From NCBI GenBank assembly GCA_964508365.1, contig CAZDTP010000062.1, forward strand, positions 621 through 20,494: a stretch of 19,874 nucleotides of DNA. The letters are read 5' to 3'. Each line of letters starts with the position of its first letter. Positions within the stretch are counted from its first letter, which is position 1. The DNA comes from an uncultured archaeon (lineage in GTDB: Archaea > Asgardarchaeota > Lokiarchaeia > Sigyniarchaeales > SOKP01). Position numbers and translations under genes: made by a program. The notes below the pieces were generated by a model, which saw only the letters and a program-made list of their open reading frames with translations, had not been told where the DNA came from and searched no databases. This document shows, one piece after another, positions 1 to 7,704 of the stretch.

Positions 1-68
1 AAAAATCAAATTTATACTTATTCTTTTCTGTTGAGAGGAAGAAGTTTTTACGAAGTTATTTGAATTAA

Positions 69-1091
69 TTAATTCCAAACAATTTGCTCATATTTACATT
101 TATTACACTCAATAGATTCGCCTTTGAGGGGAAAATAGGTTAAAATATTCCCACAATATTTGCATTCCAGAGTATAAATTTGTTCTTCAGATTCTATTTG
201 ACCAAATATTATCATATCTTTTTCAAACTCGGTGATAAATTTTGTTAAGAGAGAAATGAGTAAGTGGGGATTGGACGAGGCTGCTAACCACTCTATTTTG
301 CGATCTAGTACTTGACAAATAATCAAAACATCGTTTCCTGAGACTAAATCAGTTCCGTAAAACCAACTAATTTTGTTGTCTTGATCTTTAACAATTAACT
401 GGAAGTTATTACTTTCAACAATTTTATTTATTTGCTCAAAAAAATTATTTTCATCAAAGAGATTGTCAATACCAATTCCGATGCTTTTAATTGCTTTTTT
501 TATCCAAGGCTTTTCAAGAAATTGTTTAATTTCTGATGAGGGTATTATTTTTCTTTCTATACTAAATGGATCAAACTGAATTAGGATGATATCAGTATCA
601 ATTGCCCTTACGAAATCAGCGTTGTTAATAAAAGTAACAAAGGATCTAATTGTACCTTTTTCTTCTAAGAAAAGGGGGCATAGATATAGGTTTATCTGTT
701 TCTTGGAATTTTTATCTAGGTTTTCAAATTCCATAACGACTTGTTGTTGTTCAAATTCTTTTTGATCGCTATTACTTTCATCTTCTTCAGATTCTAACGA
801 TTCTAGGATCAAAGTTGGTGGAGTGCTCCTACATAATTTAAAAAAGCTTGGAAATTTAATTCTAATTTTAACCTCTGTAATAGGATCGGCGCTCTGATTC
901 GTTATTAGTAAAGAATAAAGGTAATTTCCACCAAATGGGACTAATTTATAGACCATTTTTATTTTGTCTTCTTGATCCACATATTCCAACGGTTCAGGTT
1001 CAAATGGTTTTGACTCTTTTCCTGTAGTTTCATTAAATAGCATTAATTCATGGATATCTTCTTGACTTTTATCTTTATTTTTCCTTTCCAT
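69..1091 (-). CDS. Hypothetical protein; probable Ig-like beta-sandwich plus alpha/beta platform (adaptin/COP appendage-like) with C-terminal Zn ribbon
   Basis: 340 aa ORF. Alternating hydrophobic beta pattern at aa ~44-173 (YLYSLLITNQSADPITEVKIRIKFP), mixed alpha/beta at aa ~182-292, CKYC-x15-CNKC at aa 310-332. The fold call is inference. Confidence 0.6.
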   Translation of the reverse strand: MERKNKDKSQEDIHELMLFNETTGKESKPFEPEPLEYVDQEDKIKMVYKLVPFGGNYLYSLLITNQSADPITEVKIRIKFPSFFKLCRSTPPTLILESLESEEDESNSDQKEFEQQQVVMEFENLDKNSKKQINLYLCPLFLEEKGTIRSFVTFINNADFVRAIDTDIILIQFDPFSIERKIIPSSEIKQFLEKPWIKKAIKSIGIGIDNLFDENNFFEQINKIVESNNFQLIVKDQDNKISWFYGTDLVSGNDVLIICQVLDRKIEWLAASSNPHLLISLLTKFITEFEKDMIIFGQIESEEQIYTLECKYCGNILTYFPLKGESIECNKCKYEQIVWN

Positions 1092-1218
1092 GAATCATTC
1101 GCCGGTTTCTTAATAAAAAGATTATATTCGATTGTATAAAAAATATAAAACTATTTAGATTAATAATTTTATTTGACCTAGTTTTTTTTATAGACGATTC
1201 CTATTATATATAACCAGT

Positions 1219-1917
1219 ATGAATAAATTGAGCGAATTAGACCCATTATTTGCAAGTCCCACTATTAAACCAACATTCGATTATGTGCATATTATACTGT
1301 CATTATATCTTTTTGGTGAGAATACAGAAGGGATTGGTAGGTATCGACTTCAAAAAGAATTACAAATCGGAGCTGGAACTGTAAAATCATTATTTAATAA
1401 ATTGAAAAATGTTACCAATTTTATAATTGTTCCAAGCGAAGGAGAAACGAATGTTGGTGAATTACAGAGGAGAGGACATGTTTTAACTCAAAAAGGTTTT
1501 GAATTTTTAGCAAAAGTAAAAAGGAAGATTCCTTTATTGAAGAAAGCAGATTTGGAGTATTTACAAGATATTATAATTAAACAAGAAGATGTTAATTCGT
1601 ATTTCTGTTTAGTCAAAAAAGCCTCTACGAAGTTAAGTGATGGAATAGATCAAAGAGATGCTGCTATAAAAGTTAACGGCTCTGGTGCTACCTGTCTAGT
1701 TTATGATGGTGTTAACCTGTTTTTTCCCACAAAAACAGAATTTAAAGATGATAAAGATAATATCAAAATTAATCCTAAAACATTGAATTATTTTAAGTTG
1801 GAAATTGAAGATGCTAATGCTAAAATTGAAAAAGATGATGTAATTATAATAGGTTCGGGAGGTAACCATCAAAAGGCACGATTAGCTACTTTGAACGCTG
1901 CTTTAACTTTATTCTGA
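1219..1917 (+). CDS. Winged-HTH plus DUF4443 (PH0730-like, GAD-like C-terminal domain) putative transcriptional regulator
   Basis: N-terminal GIGRYRLQKELQIGAGTVKSLFNKLK HTH with wing (GHVLTQKG); C-terminal DGIDQRDAAIKVNGSGATCLVY and DVIIIGSG motifs typical of this archaeal family. Confidence 0.7.
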   Translation: MNKLSELDPLFASPTIKPTFDYVHIILSLYLFGENTEGIGRYRLQKELQIGAGTVKSLFNKLKNVTNFIIVPSEGETNVGELQRRGHVLTQKGFEFLAKVKRKIPLLKKADLEYLQDIIIKQEDVNSYFCLVKKASTKLSDGIDQRDAAIKVNGSGATCLVYDGVNLFFPTKTEFKDDKDNIKINPKTLNYFKLEIEDANAKIEKDDVIIIGSGGNHQKARLATLNAALTLF

Positions 1918-1925
1918 TTTTATAT

Positions 1926-2435
1926 ATGGAGTTAAATATGAGATTTGAGAAAGATATTGTTTTTAATATTAGTAACAATATAGTTGAAAAAATCAATAAC
2001 TGTATTAAATTAGCATCCCCTAACGAAGCTAGCGGTTTTATCCTAGGATATATTCAAGAAGTTAATAATAATAACCGTGATTTTAATTACAACTACTACA
2101 GTGTTTCTTTTCATTGTATGGAATCCAACAAAGGAAGCACTGTATCATTTTTATTAGATAATGATCAGAAAATTTTAGAGCTTTCAGAACATTTAATGAA
2201 AAATGAAAACCTGAAATTGATAGCAATTCTTCACTCTCATCCAACTGGAACAACTCCTAGTAGCACAGATAAACGTAACATGAAATATTACCATAATAGC
2301 GGTTTAAAGAAATTTACACACTTAATTTGGATCATTGTAGATTCCCGGAACAATGATATGAATGGGTTTATTTATTTGAGTAATAAGCTTACACAAATAA
2401 AACTTATTTTGAGTAATTATAGAAATTTATCATAA
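1926..2435 (+). CDS. JAB/MPN+ (JAMM) metalloprotease, desampylase/deubiquitinase-like
   Basis: Catalytic Glu in NEASGFILG and Zn motif HSHPTGTTPSSTD. Starts 8 nt after the upstream stop; alternative start at ATG 1938. Confidence 0.85.
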   Translation: MELNMRFEKDIVFNISNNIVEKINNCIKLASPNEASGFILGYIQEVNNNNRDFNYNYYSVSFHCMESNKGSTVSFLLDNDQKILELSEHLMKNENLKLIAILHSHPTGTTPSSTDKRNMKYYHNSGLKKFTHLIWIIVDSRNNDMNGFIYLSNKLTQIKLILSNYRNLS

Positions 2436-2555
2436 TAAACACCAATCTGTCAATTTCTACTTTAATATTGTTATAAACTTACTCACGTACTATTGATAAG
2501 TATTATTTAGAAAAAGCTAGATTTGAATTATTGTTCTTTGATAGTGTTTTACAGT

Positions 2556-3197
2556 TTATTGAACTTGTTTAAAACCAGTTTTATCAATCGTACATATTTG
2601 AAGGTTGAATCCGGATGCAGCATCTCTTTCTCGAGAACTTGATATTGCTGTTTCTATCAAGCTTATTCCTGCTGTTTTAGTTAATTTTGGTTTCCAATCG
2701 GCTTCTAACACTCCTAATGAAAATGGAGATCCTGAACCAAACGAAATGAATTTATCTTCTTCATATAGTGTCCCTAATAAATCAACACCATAAAGAATTC
2801 CGTTATTAGTTTTGTGTGAGAAACCTCCTACGATCATCATACACATGAAGTATGATCTTCCGCTAAATAAAATATTCCTTGTCATGCTTGCAATATACTG
2901 TGGATCTGGTACTTTATCTTCCTCTACTAGTTTTAATCTTGATAGAGCTTGTAGTTGATTAATAACATATTGGCAATCTGCAACTCCACCACTAATAGTG
3001 GCCGCTGTATAGTCATTTATTTTAAATAATTTTTGAGCTTCTTTGGTGGCTACAGTGTATCCCGCAGTAGCTTGAGATTCGGTACCGATTACAACACCAT
3101 CCTTTACAATGATCCCTACTGTGGTTGTACTCGATTTAATTATATTTTTTATAGAATCTTCATCTAAGTATGGATAATTAGATTTGTTCTCCATCAT
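2556..3197 (-). CDS. psmB: Proteasome subunit beta (Ntn hydrolase)
   Basis: 23-aa propeptide, then TTTVGI (Thr1), Glu17, Lys33 (QKLFKI), GGVADCQ, SFGSGS and RDAASG motifs. Confidence 0.95.
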   Translation of the reverse strand: MMENKSNYPYLDEDSIKNIIKSSTTTVGIIVKDGVVIGTESQATAGYTVATKEAQKLFKINDYTAATISGGVADCQYVINQLQALSRLKLVEEDKVPDPQYIASMTRNILFSGRSYFMCMMIVGGFSHKTNNGILYGVDLLGTLYEEDKFISFGSGSPFSLGVLEADWKPKLTKTAGISLIETAISSSRERDAASGFNLQICTIDKTGFKQVQ

Positions 3198-3378
3198 TTT
3201 TAACCAATCTACAAATGTTCTAAAATTAGTATATGATTTTTAATTATTATATTAAATAAATTAATTTTACCTATTTCTATTTTACTTTTAAAAATTATAA
3301 ACTTCTAAACGAAAAAATTTTAAAGATATAGATAATTATCGATTATATCATATTCGATTCGATGAGTGTCCTTTAATC

Positions 3379-3762
3379 ATGGCAAGAAGTCAAGCAAGAA
3401 GCAAACGAAAGTATACTGGAAAAAAATATAAGTATTTCCATAAGAAAAGGAAAAGAGAACTAGAGCGACCTTCCATCGAAACTCAGATAGGGCAGGAAAA
3501 GAAAAAGAAACAGCGTACTTTAGGAGGAAATTACAAACTTAAGTTATTCTCCTCAACTTTCATTAATGTCACTGATCTTACGACCAATAAAACCTCCAAA
3601 GTTAAGATTTTAAAATTCGAAAGTAATGCTGCTTCTAAGGATTTAAATCGTCGCCATATTCTTACTAAGGGTGCTGTAGTTGAAACCGAATTAGGTAAAG
3701 CAACAATATCTAGTCGTCCAGGTCAACACGGAATTTTAAATGGTATCTTAATTAGTGAATAA
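3379..3762 (+). CDS. rps8e: 30S ribosomal protein S8e
   Basis: RSKRKYTGKKY N-terminus, RTLGGNYK, ILTKGAVVETELGKATISSRPGQHGILNGILI; 127 aa. Confidence 0.97.
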   Translation: MARSQARSKRKYTGKKYKYFHKKRKRELERPSIETQIGQEKKKKQRTLGGNYKLKLFSSTFINVTDLTTNKTSKVKILKFESNAASKDLNRRHILTKGAVVETELGKATISSRPGQHGILNGILISE

Positions 3763-3855
3763 TCTTCTTTTTTATCTAGTGATATATACAGAAGATTAAT
3801 CTGAATAATCAGTACTAATTAAGATTTCAGATGTTTTTAATTGATATCAAGCAGC

Positions 3856-4227
3856 TTATTCTTGTATTTTGATATTCTTTATATTCGCTTTCTTACCTTC
3901 TAAAATTTCAGTGTTCTTACTTTGACAGTGTTTGCATTGAAATAATTGTAAACCGGTTAAGTATGATTCTTCGCTTAAAGTGACGGATGAATTTTTTCCG
4001 CAATCTCGGCATTTTATTTTACCAGGAAGCAGTTCGATTACTAATTCTGCGCCTTCAGCAATAGAACCAGTTGTCGCCATTTCAAATGAACGTTTGAGAA
4101 GGTCTGGCACTATTAATGTCAATTCGCCAATCTCAAGGTGAACTTCTGAAATCTTCTTGGCGTTATGTTTTATAGCTGTAGCTTCTGCAATTTTAAATAT
4201 ATTGTAGGCAAACGAGAATTCATGCAT
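3856..4227 (-). CDS. hypA: Hydrogenase maturation nickel metallochaperone HypA
   Basis: MHE Ni-binding N-terminus, VHLEIGELT, two CxxC pairs (CRDC, CKHC), ILEGKKANIKNI C-terminus. Confidence 0.93.
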   Translation of the reverse strand: MHEFSFAYNIFKIAEATAIKHNAKKISEVHLEIGELTLIVPDLLKRSFEMATTGSIAEGAELVIELLPGKIKCRDCGKNSSVTLSEESYLTGLQLFQCKHCQSKNTEILEGKKANIKNIKIQE

Positions 4228-4237
4228 AATAGCATAT

Positions 4238-4534
4238 TTATTTTTTTGTTTGAATTTTTTTTATTTCTTTAGCAACATCTATTAAAACTTTAGATTTCTT
4301 CGCACCCTTCGTGTCTATAGATATTCTACCAGGATCGTCCCACCAAGTTTTAGGATATTGATAACCTTTCTCGTAATGGGCTTCATAACCTAAGCGTTTT
4401 GCAGCGTTAAAAATATCATTTGTATTTATTTTTTCTATTGCATACTTCTTCGGTATGCGCCTTCCCTTTGATCTACTCCTTTTTGCTTCAAAATATTGAG
4501 GCCAAAAAATGATAAAAGGTTTTCTGGAGCGCAT
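4238..4534 (-). CDS. srp19: Signal recognition particle 19 kDa protein
   Basis: IIFWPQYFEAKRSRSKGRRIPK signature, YPKTWW, GRISID, KSKVLIDVA. Confidence 0.93.
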   Translation of the reverse strand: MRSRKPFIIFWPQYFEAKRSRSKGRRIPKKYAIEKINTNDIFNAAKRLGYEAHYEKGYQYPKTWWDDPGRISIDTKGAKKSKVLIDVAKEIKKIQTKK

Positions 4535-4728
4535 AATTCAACACAAGAACGATTTAATTTAATAAAATTATAAGAATAAAAAACCTCTAAAGAATTTAAA
4601 AATTATTGCTTTTAAAAAAAGGGATAATTAAACATAAATATAATTTGTGATTTTTAACTATACTAAATTCATACAAATTTATTTGATAATGTAAATGTAT
4701 GATTTTTATTACGAAAGAGGATACCAAA

Positions 4729-6264
4729 ATGAATTTAAGAGAATTAGTCAATAATCAAGCTAAAAAATACAAAGATAAAACTTTTATTTATTGGGAAGAT
4801 ATTACCATTTCATACTCCCAAATAGATGAATTAACTAATAAAGTAGCAAATTTTCTTTATGATCTTGGAATAAGAAAAGGAGATAAAGTTAGCGTTTATC
4901 TACCAAACATGCTCGAGTATGTCTATCTCTACTTAGGAATTCCTAAAATTGGTGCAGTAACTGGACCTGTAAACGCATTGTTTAAAGCGCGGGAAGTTAA
5001 ATATGTAGTGGATCATTCAGAAGCTAAAATAATCGTTACGATCCCTAAATTTATGGAAATTATTAAGGAGATAAAAGATGAACTTCCTAATTTGGAACAT
5101 GTTATTGTTATTGGAGACAAAGTTGAAGGAACATTGAATTTCTGGGAACTTATGGATAAATCGTCAAGTAACCCCCCACCAGAATTATCAATTAATGAAA
5201 AAGAGGACTCAGCTGCAATACTTTATACATCAGGAACTACAGGATTCCCTAAGGGAGTGCTACAGACCCATTTCAACATTCGAAGAGATGCGGAAATGAT
5301 CAAAGATTTCCTGAAAGCTCAAGAAAACTTTAGATTCATGCTAATTTTACCGTTATTTCATGTTAACGCTCAGATAGTCACAGTTATGGCTCCCTTTACA
5401 ATAGGTGCCAGTTGTATTTTAACTCCAGGATTTTCTGCCCAAACACACTGGGAAACAGTAGCAAAATACAAAGCTTCAACCTTCAGTGCGGTTCCGACTA
5501 TACTTTCAATCCTTCTTAAAATGCCTCACGAAAATTTGGATCTTTCTTCCCTAAAATTCGTAATTTGTGGAGCTGCACCTTTGCCAGTCGAAGTATTCAG
5601 GGAATTTGAAGACACATTTAAATGTAGGATTATTGAGGGTTACGGTCTTACAGAAGGTACGTGTGCATCTTCAGTTAATCCGATACCCACAGATACAGAA
5701 GATAGGCGAAAAATTGGAAGTATAGGTATACCTTTACCAGGTAATGAAATGAAAATTGTAGACAGTGATGGCAATGATCTTCCTCCAAACTCAAAAGGTG
5801 AAATTCTTGTTAAGGGCGATAATGTAATGAAAGAGTACTTCAAAAATCCAGAAGCGAACGCTGACACTCTTAAAGATAGCTGGTTGTATACTGGTGATAT
5901 TGGCCATATGGACGAAGATGGATTTTTCTACATAACCGATCGCAAAAAAGATATGATAATTCGAGGTGGAGAAAACATCTATCCAAGAGAAATCGAAGAA
6001 ATACTTTATTCACACCCAGCAGTCTCTTTGGCGACAGTTATAGGAGTACGAGACGATATTTATGGAGAACTTCCCAAAGCTTTCGTCGTTTTAAAAGAAG
6101 GAAAATCCGTGACTACCGAAGAAATTTTAAAGTTTTGTAAAGAAAATCTAGCAGATTTTAAAGTCCCAAAATATGTCGAATTTCGAGATGATTTGCTTAA
6201 AACCCCTACTGGTAAAATAATGAAGCAACCACTTCGCGACGAAGAAAATGCTCCAAGAGATTAA
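4729..6264 (+). CDS. Long-chain-fatty-acid--CoA ligase (ANL adenylate-forming family)
   Basis: YTSGTTGFPKGV, GYGLTE, TGD, DRKKDMIIRGGENIYPREIE and terminal TGKI. Start moved from 4699 to ATG 4729, which follows an AGAGGA RBS-like element. Confidence 0.92.
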   Translation: MNLRELVNNQAKKYKDKTFIYWEDITISYSQIDELTNKVANFLYDLGIRKGDKVSVYLPNMLEYVYLYLGIPKIGAVTGPVNALFKAREVKYVVDHSEAKIIVTIPKFMEIIKEIKDELPNLEHVIVIGDKVEGTLNFWELMDKSSSNPPPELSINEKEDSAAILYTSGTTGFPKGVLQTHFNIRRDAEMIKDFLKAQENFRFMLILPLFHVNAQIVTVMAPFTIGASCILTPGFSAQTHWETVAKYKASTFSAVPTILSILLKMPHENLDLSSLKFVICGAAPLPVEVFREFEDTFKCRIIEGYGLTEGTCASSVNPIPTDTEDRRKIGSIGIPLPGNEMKIVDSDGNDLPPNSKGEILVKGDNVMKEYFKNPEANADTLKDSWLYTGDIGHMDEDGFFYITDRKKDMIIRGGENIYPREIEEILYSHPAVSLATVIGVRDDIYGELPKAFVVLKEGKSVTTEEILKFCKENLADFKVPKYVEFRDDLLKTPTGKIMKQPLRDEENAPRD

Positions 6265-6436
6265 AAATTTATTTTTTATTTAATTTATAGATTTGTTATA
6301 ATTCTTATAGTATAGTTGCCTTTAATAACTTCGGAGATCATTAAAAATAAATAGAATTTATGATTTTAATTTATAAAAATGTTAGTTGGACTATTTTTTC
6401 TGTGTAAAGTATAAGGAGTACTTCCTTTTTTTAGAA

Positions 6437-6540
6437 GGGAGGGTGGTCTAGCTTGGTATGATACAGTAAAACGTTAAGTTTTACCGCTTAAGACTTGGCT
6501 GGGGGCCAAGTGGCCGGGGGTTCGAATCCCTCCCCTCCCA
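6437..6540 (+). tRNA. tRNA-Pro(GGG) with 30-nt non-canonical intron (6463-6492, position 25/26)
   Basis: Acceptor GGGAGGG/CCCTCCC plus A73; D arm GTCT...TGAT; anticodon arm CTTGG-CT-GGG-GG-CCAAG (anticodon 6501-6503); T arm GGGGG-TTCGAAT-CCCTC. CCA not encoded. Confidence 0.93.
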
Positions 6541-6714
6541 TTCAAATTTAAGTGAAAAGAAACACATTTTAAGATTTTTACCGTTTTTATTTACCAAATT
6601 TAAATTCACACATAAATTAAAAATATTAAATACTTAAGAGGAATATTCTATAAATTTTTAAGGAGAAATAGTCTATTTTTTATTTAATTAGCATTTGAAT
6701 TTTGGTGTGTCAAT

Positions 6715-7014
6715 ATGAGTAAACTTCAAGAAACCGATGTAGTAATGCGTATAACGGCAATTGCGAGTGGTATTATAGTTTTAATAGAAGCAGTTTTAAA
6801 AATAATAGGTGTTGCATTAGCACCATGGGGATGGGGGGCAATTGGAGGTGTTATTGCTCTTATCTTAGCTGTTCTTGTGATCTTACTAGGTATTAGGCCA
6901 ATTCATTACACTCCCGTTTTTTTGGGAATTCTCGGAGTAGGCGTTATCTTCTTTGGCGTATTGATAGGCGGTATCATAATTATTGTAGCTACTCTCCTTG
7001 GAGCAATAACCTAA
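6715..7014 (+). CDS. Small Gly-rich integral membrane protein (3-4 TM), unknown function
   Basis: 99 aa, almost entirely hydrophobic with GxxxG motifs; GGTG RBS-like element upstream; 11-T tract right after the stop. Confidence 0.75.
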   Translation: MSKLQETDVVMRITAIASGIIVLIEAVLKIIGVALAPWGWGAIGGVIALILAVLVILLGIRPIHYTPVFLGILGVGVIFFGVLIGGIIIIVATLLGAIT

Positions 7015-7025
7015 TTTTTTTTTTT
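7015..7025 (+). terminator. Oligo-T archaeal-type terminator
   Basis: 11 consecutive T immediately after the TAA of 6715..7014. Confidence 0.5.
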
Positions 7026-7170
7026 ATATTTATAAATAATGCTAAAAATGATACTTTGGTTTCTGGAAGAATTAGCCATTTAGCTATCGATTTATCGCAA
7101 AGGGACCGATATTTAAAAAGGAAAAAAAACATCCTAAAATTGAAATTTTTGAATAAAGATAGTCGATGCA

Positions 7171-7239
7171 TTTAAATAGTATGATTCGTATGATCATATT
7201 AACATGATCATATTAATATGATCATTTCAATATGAATTC
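7171..7239 (+). promoter_or_regulatory. TATA-like box followed by a 14-bp-period palindromic operator-like array
   Basis: TTTAAATA at 7171-7178; ATGATCAT at 7190, 7204 and 7218, degenerate ATGAATTC at 7232; GTG start at 7246. Confidence 0.65.
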
Positions 7240-7245
7240 TAAAAA

Positions 7246-7704
7246 GTGATTAAAATAACTGAATTTTCTGGTAAAAAAGGAAAATACTTTTTTGGCTCAG
7301 TAAAGCTTGGTGAACGAGGTCAAATTGTTATTCCCCTTAAAGCAAGAGAAATCTTTGGAATCGAAGCTAAAGATGAGGTATATATTTTTGGGGATTTAAA
7401 TAAAGGCTTGGGTTTAACAAAAAGTCTGGAAATTGATAGAAAAGAACTAGAAAAACATGAAAGTTATTTAGGTGCTGCTAAAGTCGGTGAAAGAGGACAG
7501 ATTGTTATTCCCCAAGATGCTCGAGAGATTTTCAAAATAAACTCTGGAGATTTAATCCTCGTATTTGGAGATATTGAAAAAGGCCTTGGCTTACTGAAAG
7601 CAACTAAATTGAAAAATTTTGCCCTAAAATTATTTCAAGCATTTGGAGGAGGTTTTGGGGATATTGAAGAAATTAATGGAAGTGATTTTAATGAAGAAGA
7701 ATAA
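7246..7704 (+). CDS. Tandem (double-domain) AbrB/MazE/SpoVT-family DNA-binding protein
   Basis: Two copies of G.(V/A)K(L/V)GERGQIVIP..AREIF.I...D....FGD..KGLGL, 59 codons apart; GTG start. Confidence 0.88.
   Translation: MIKITEFSGKKGKYFFGSVKLGERGQIVIPLKAREIFGIEAKDEVYIFGDLNKGLGLTKSLEIDRKELEKHESYLGAAKVGERGQIVIPQDAREIFKINSGDLILVFGDIEKGLGLLKATKLKNFALKLFQAFGGGFGDIEEINGSDFNEEE

Noticed and set aside
1915-1928. TGA readthrough (selenocysteine) fusing DUF4443 to JAMM
   Set aside because: The genes are in different frames and the TGA frame hits TAA within a few codons. The TGA at 16124-16126 is likewise out of frame with the next gene.
2238-2276. JAMM motif with 6 rather than 7 residues between His and Ser
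   Set aside because: All metal ligands are present and, as I recall, this spacing occurs in other archaeal JAMMs; it is not evidence of inactivity.
2605-2793. 62-aa + strand ORF
   Set aside because: Antisense shadow inside psmB; no motif.
3325-3350. Palindromes GATAATTATC and ATCGAT in the psmB/rps8e divergent gap
   Set aside because: Short and AT-rich, expected by chance, and not repeated elsewhere that I could see.
4535-4728. SRP (7S) RNA next to srp19
   Set aside because: The intergenic DNA is very AT-rich with no GC-rich helices; no structured RNA other than the two tRNAs was seen in any gap.
5640-5867. 75-aa - strand ORF
   Set aside because: Antisense shadow inside the acyl-CoA ligase.
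6989-7171. 60-aa - strand ORF
   Set aside because: Crosses a poly-T terminator and intergenic DNA, overlaps the membrane gene, and has a low-complexity F/K composition.
7190-7239. CRISPR-like mini array
   Set aside because: Units are 8 bp with near-identical 6-bp spacers, far too short, and there are no cas genes.
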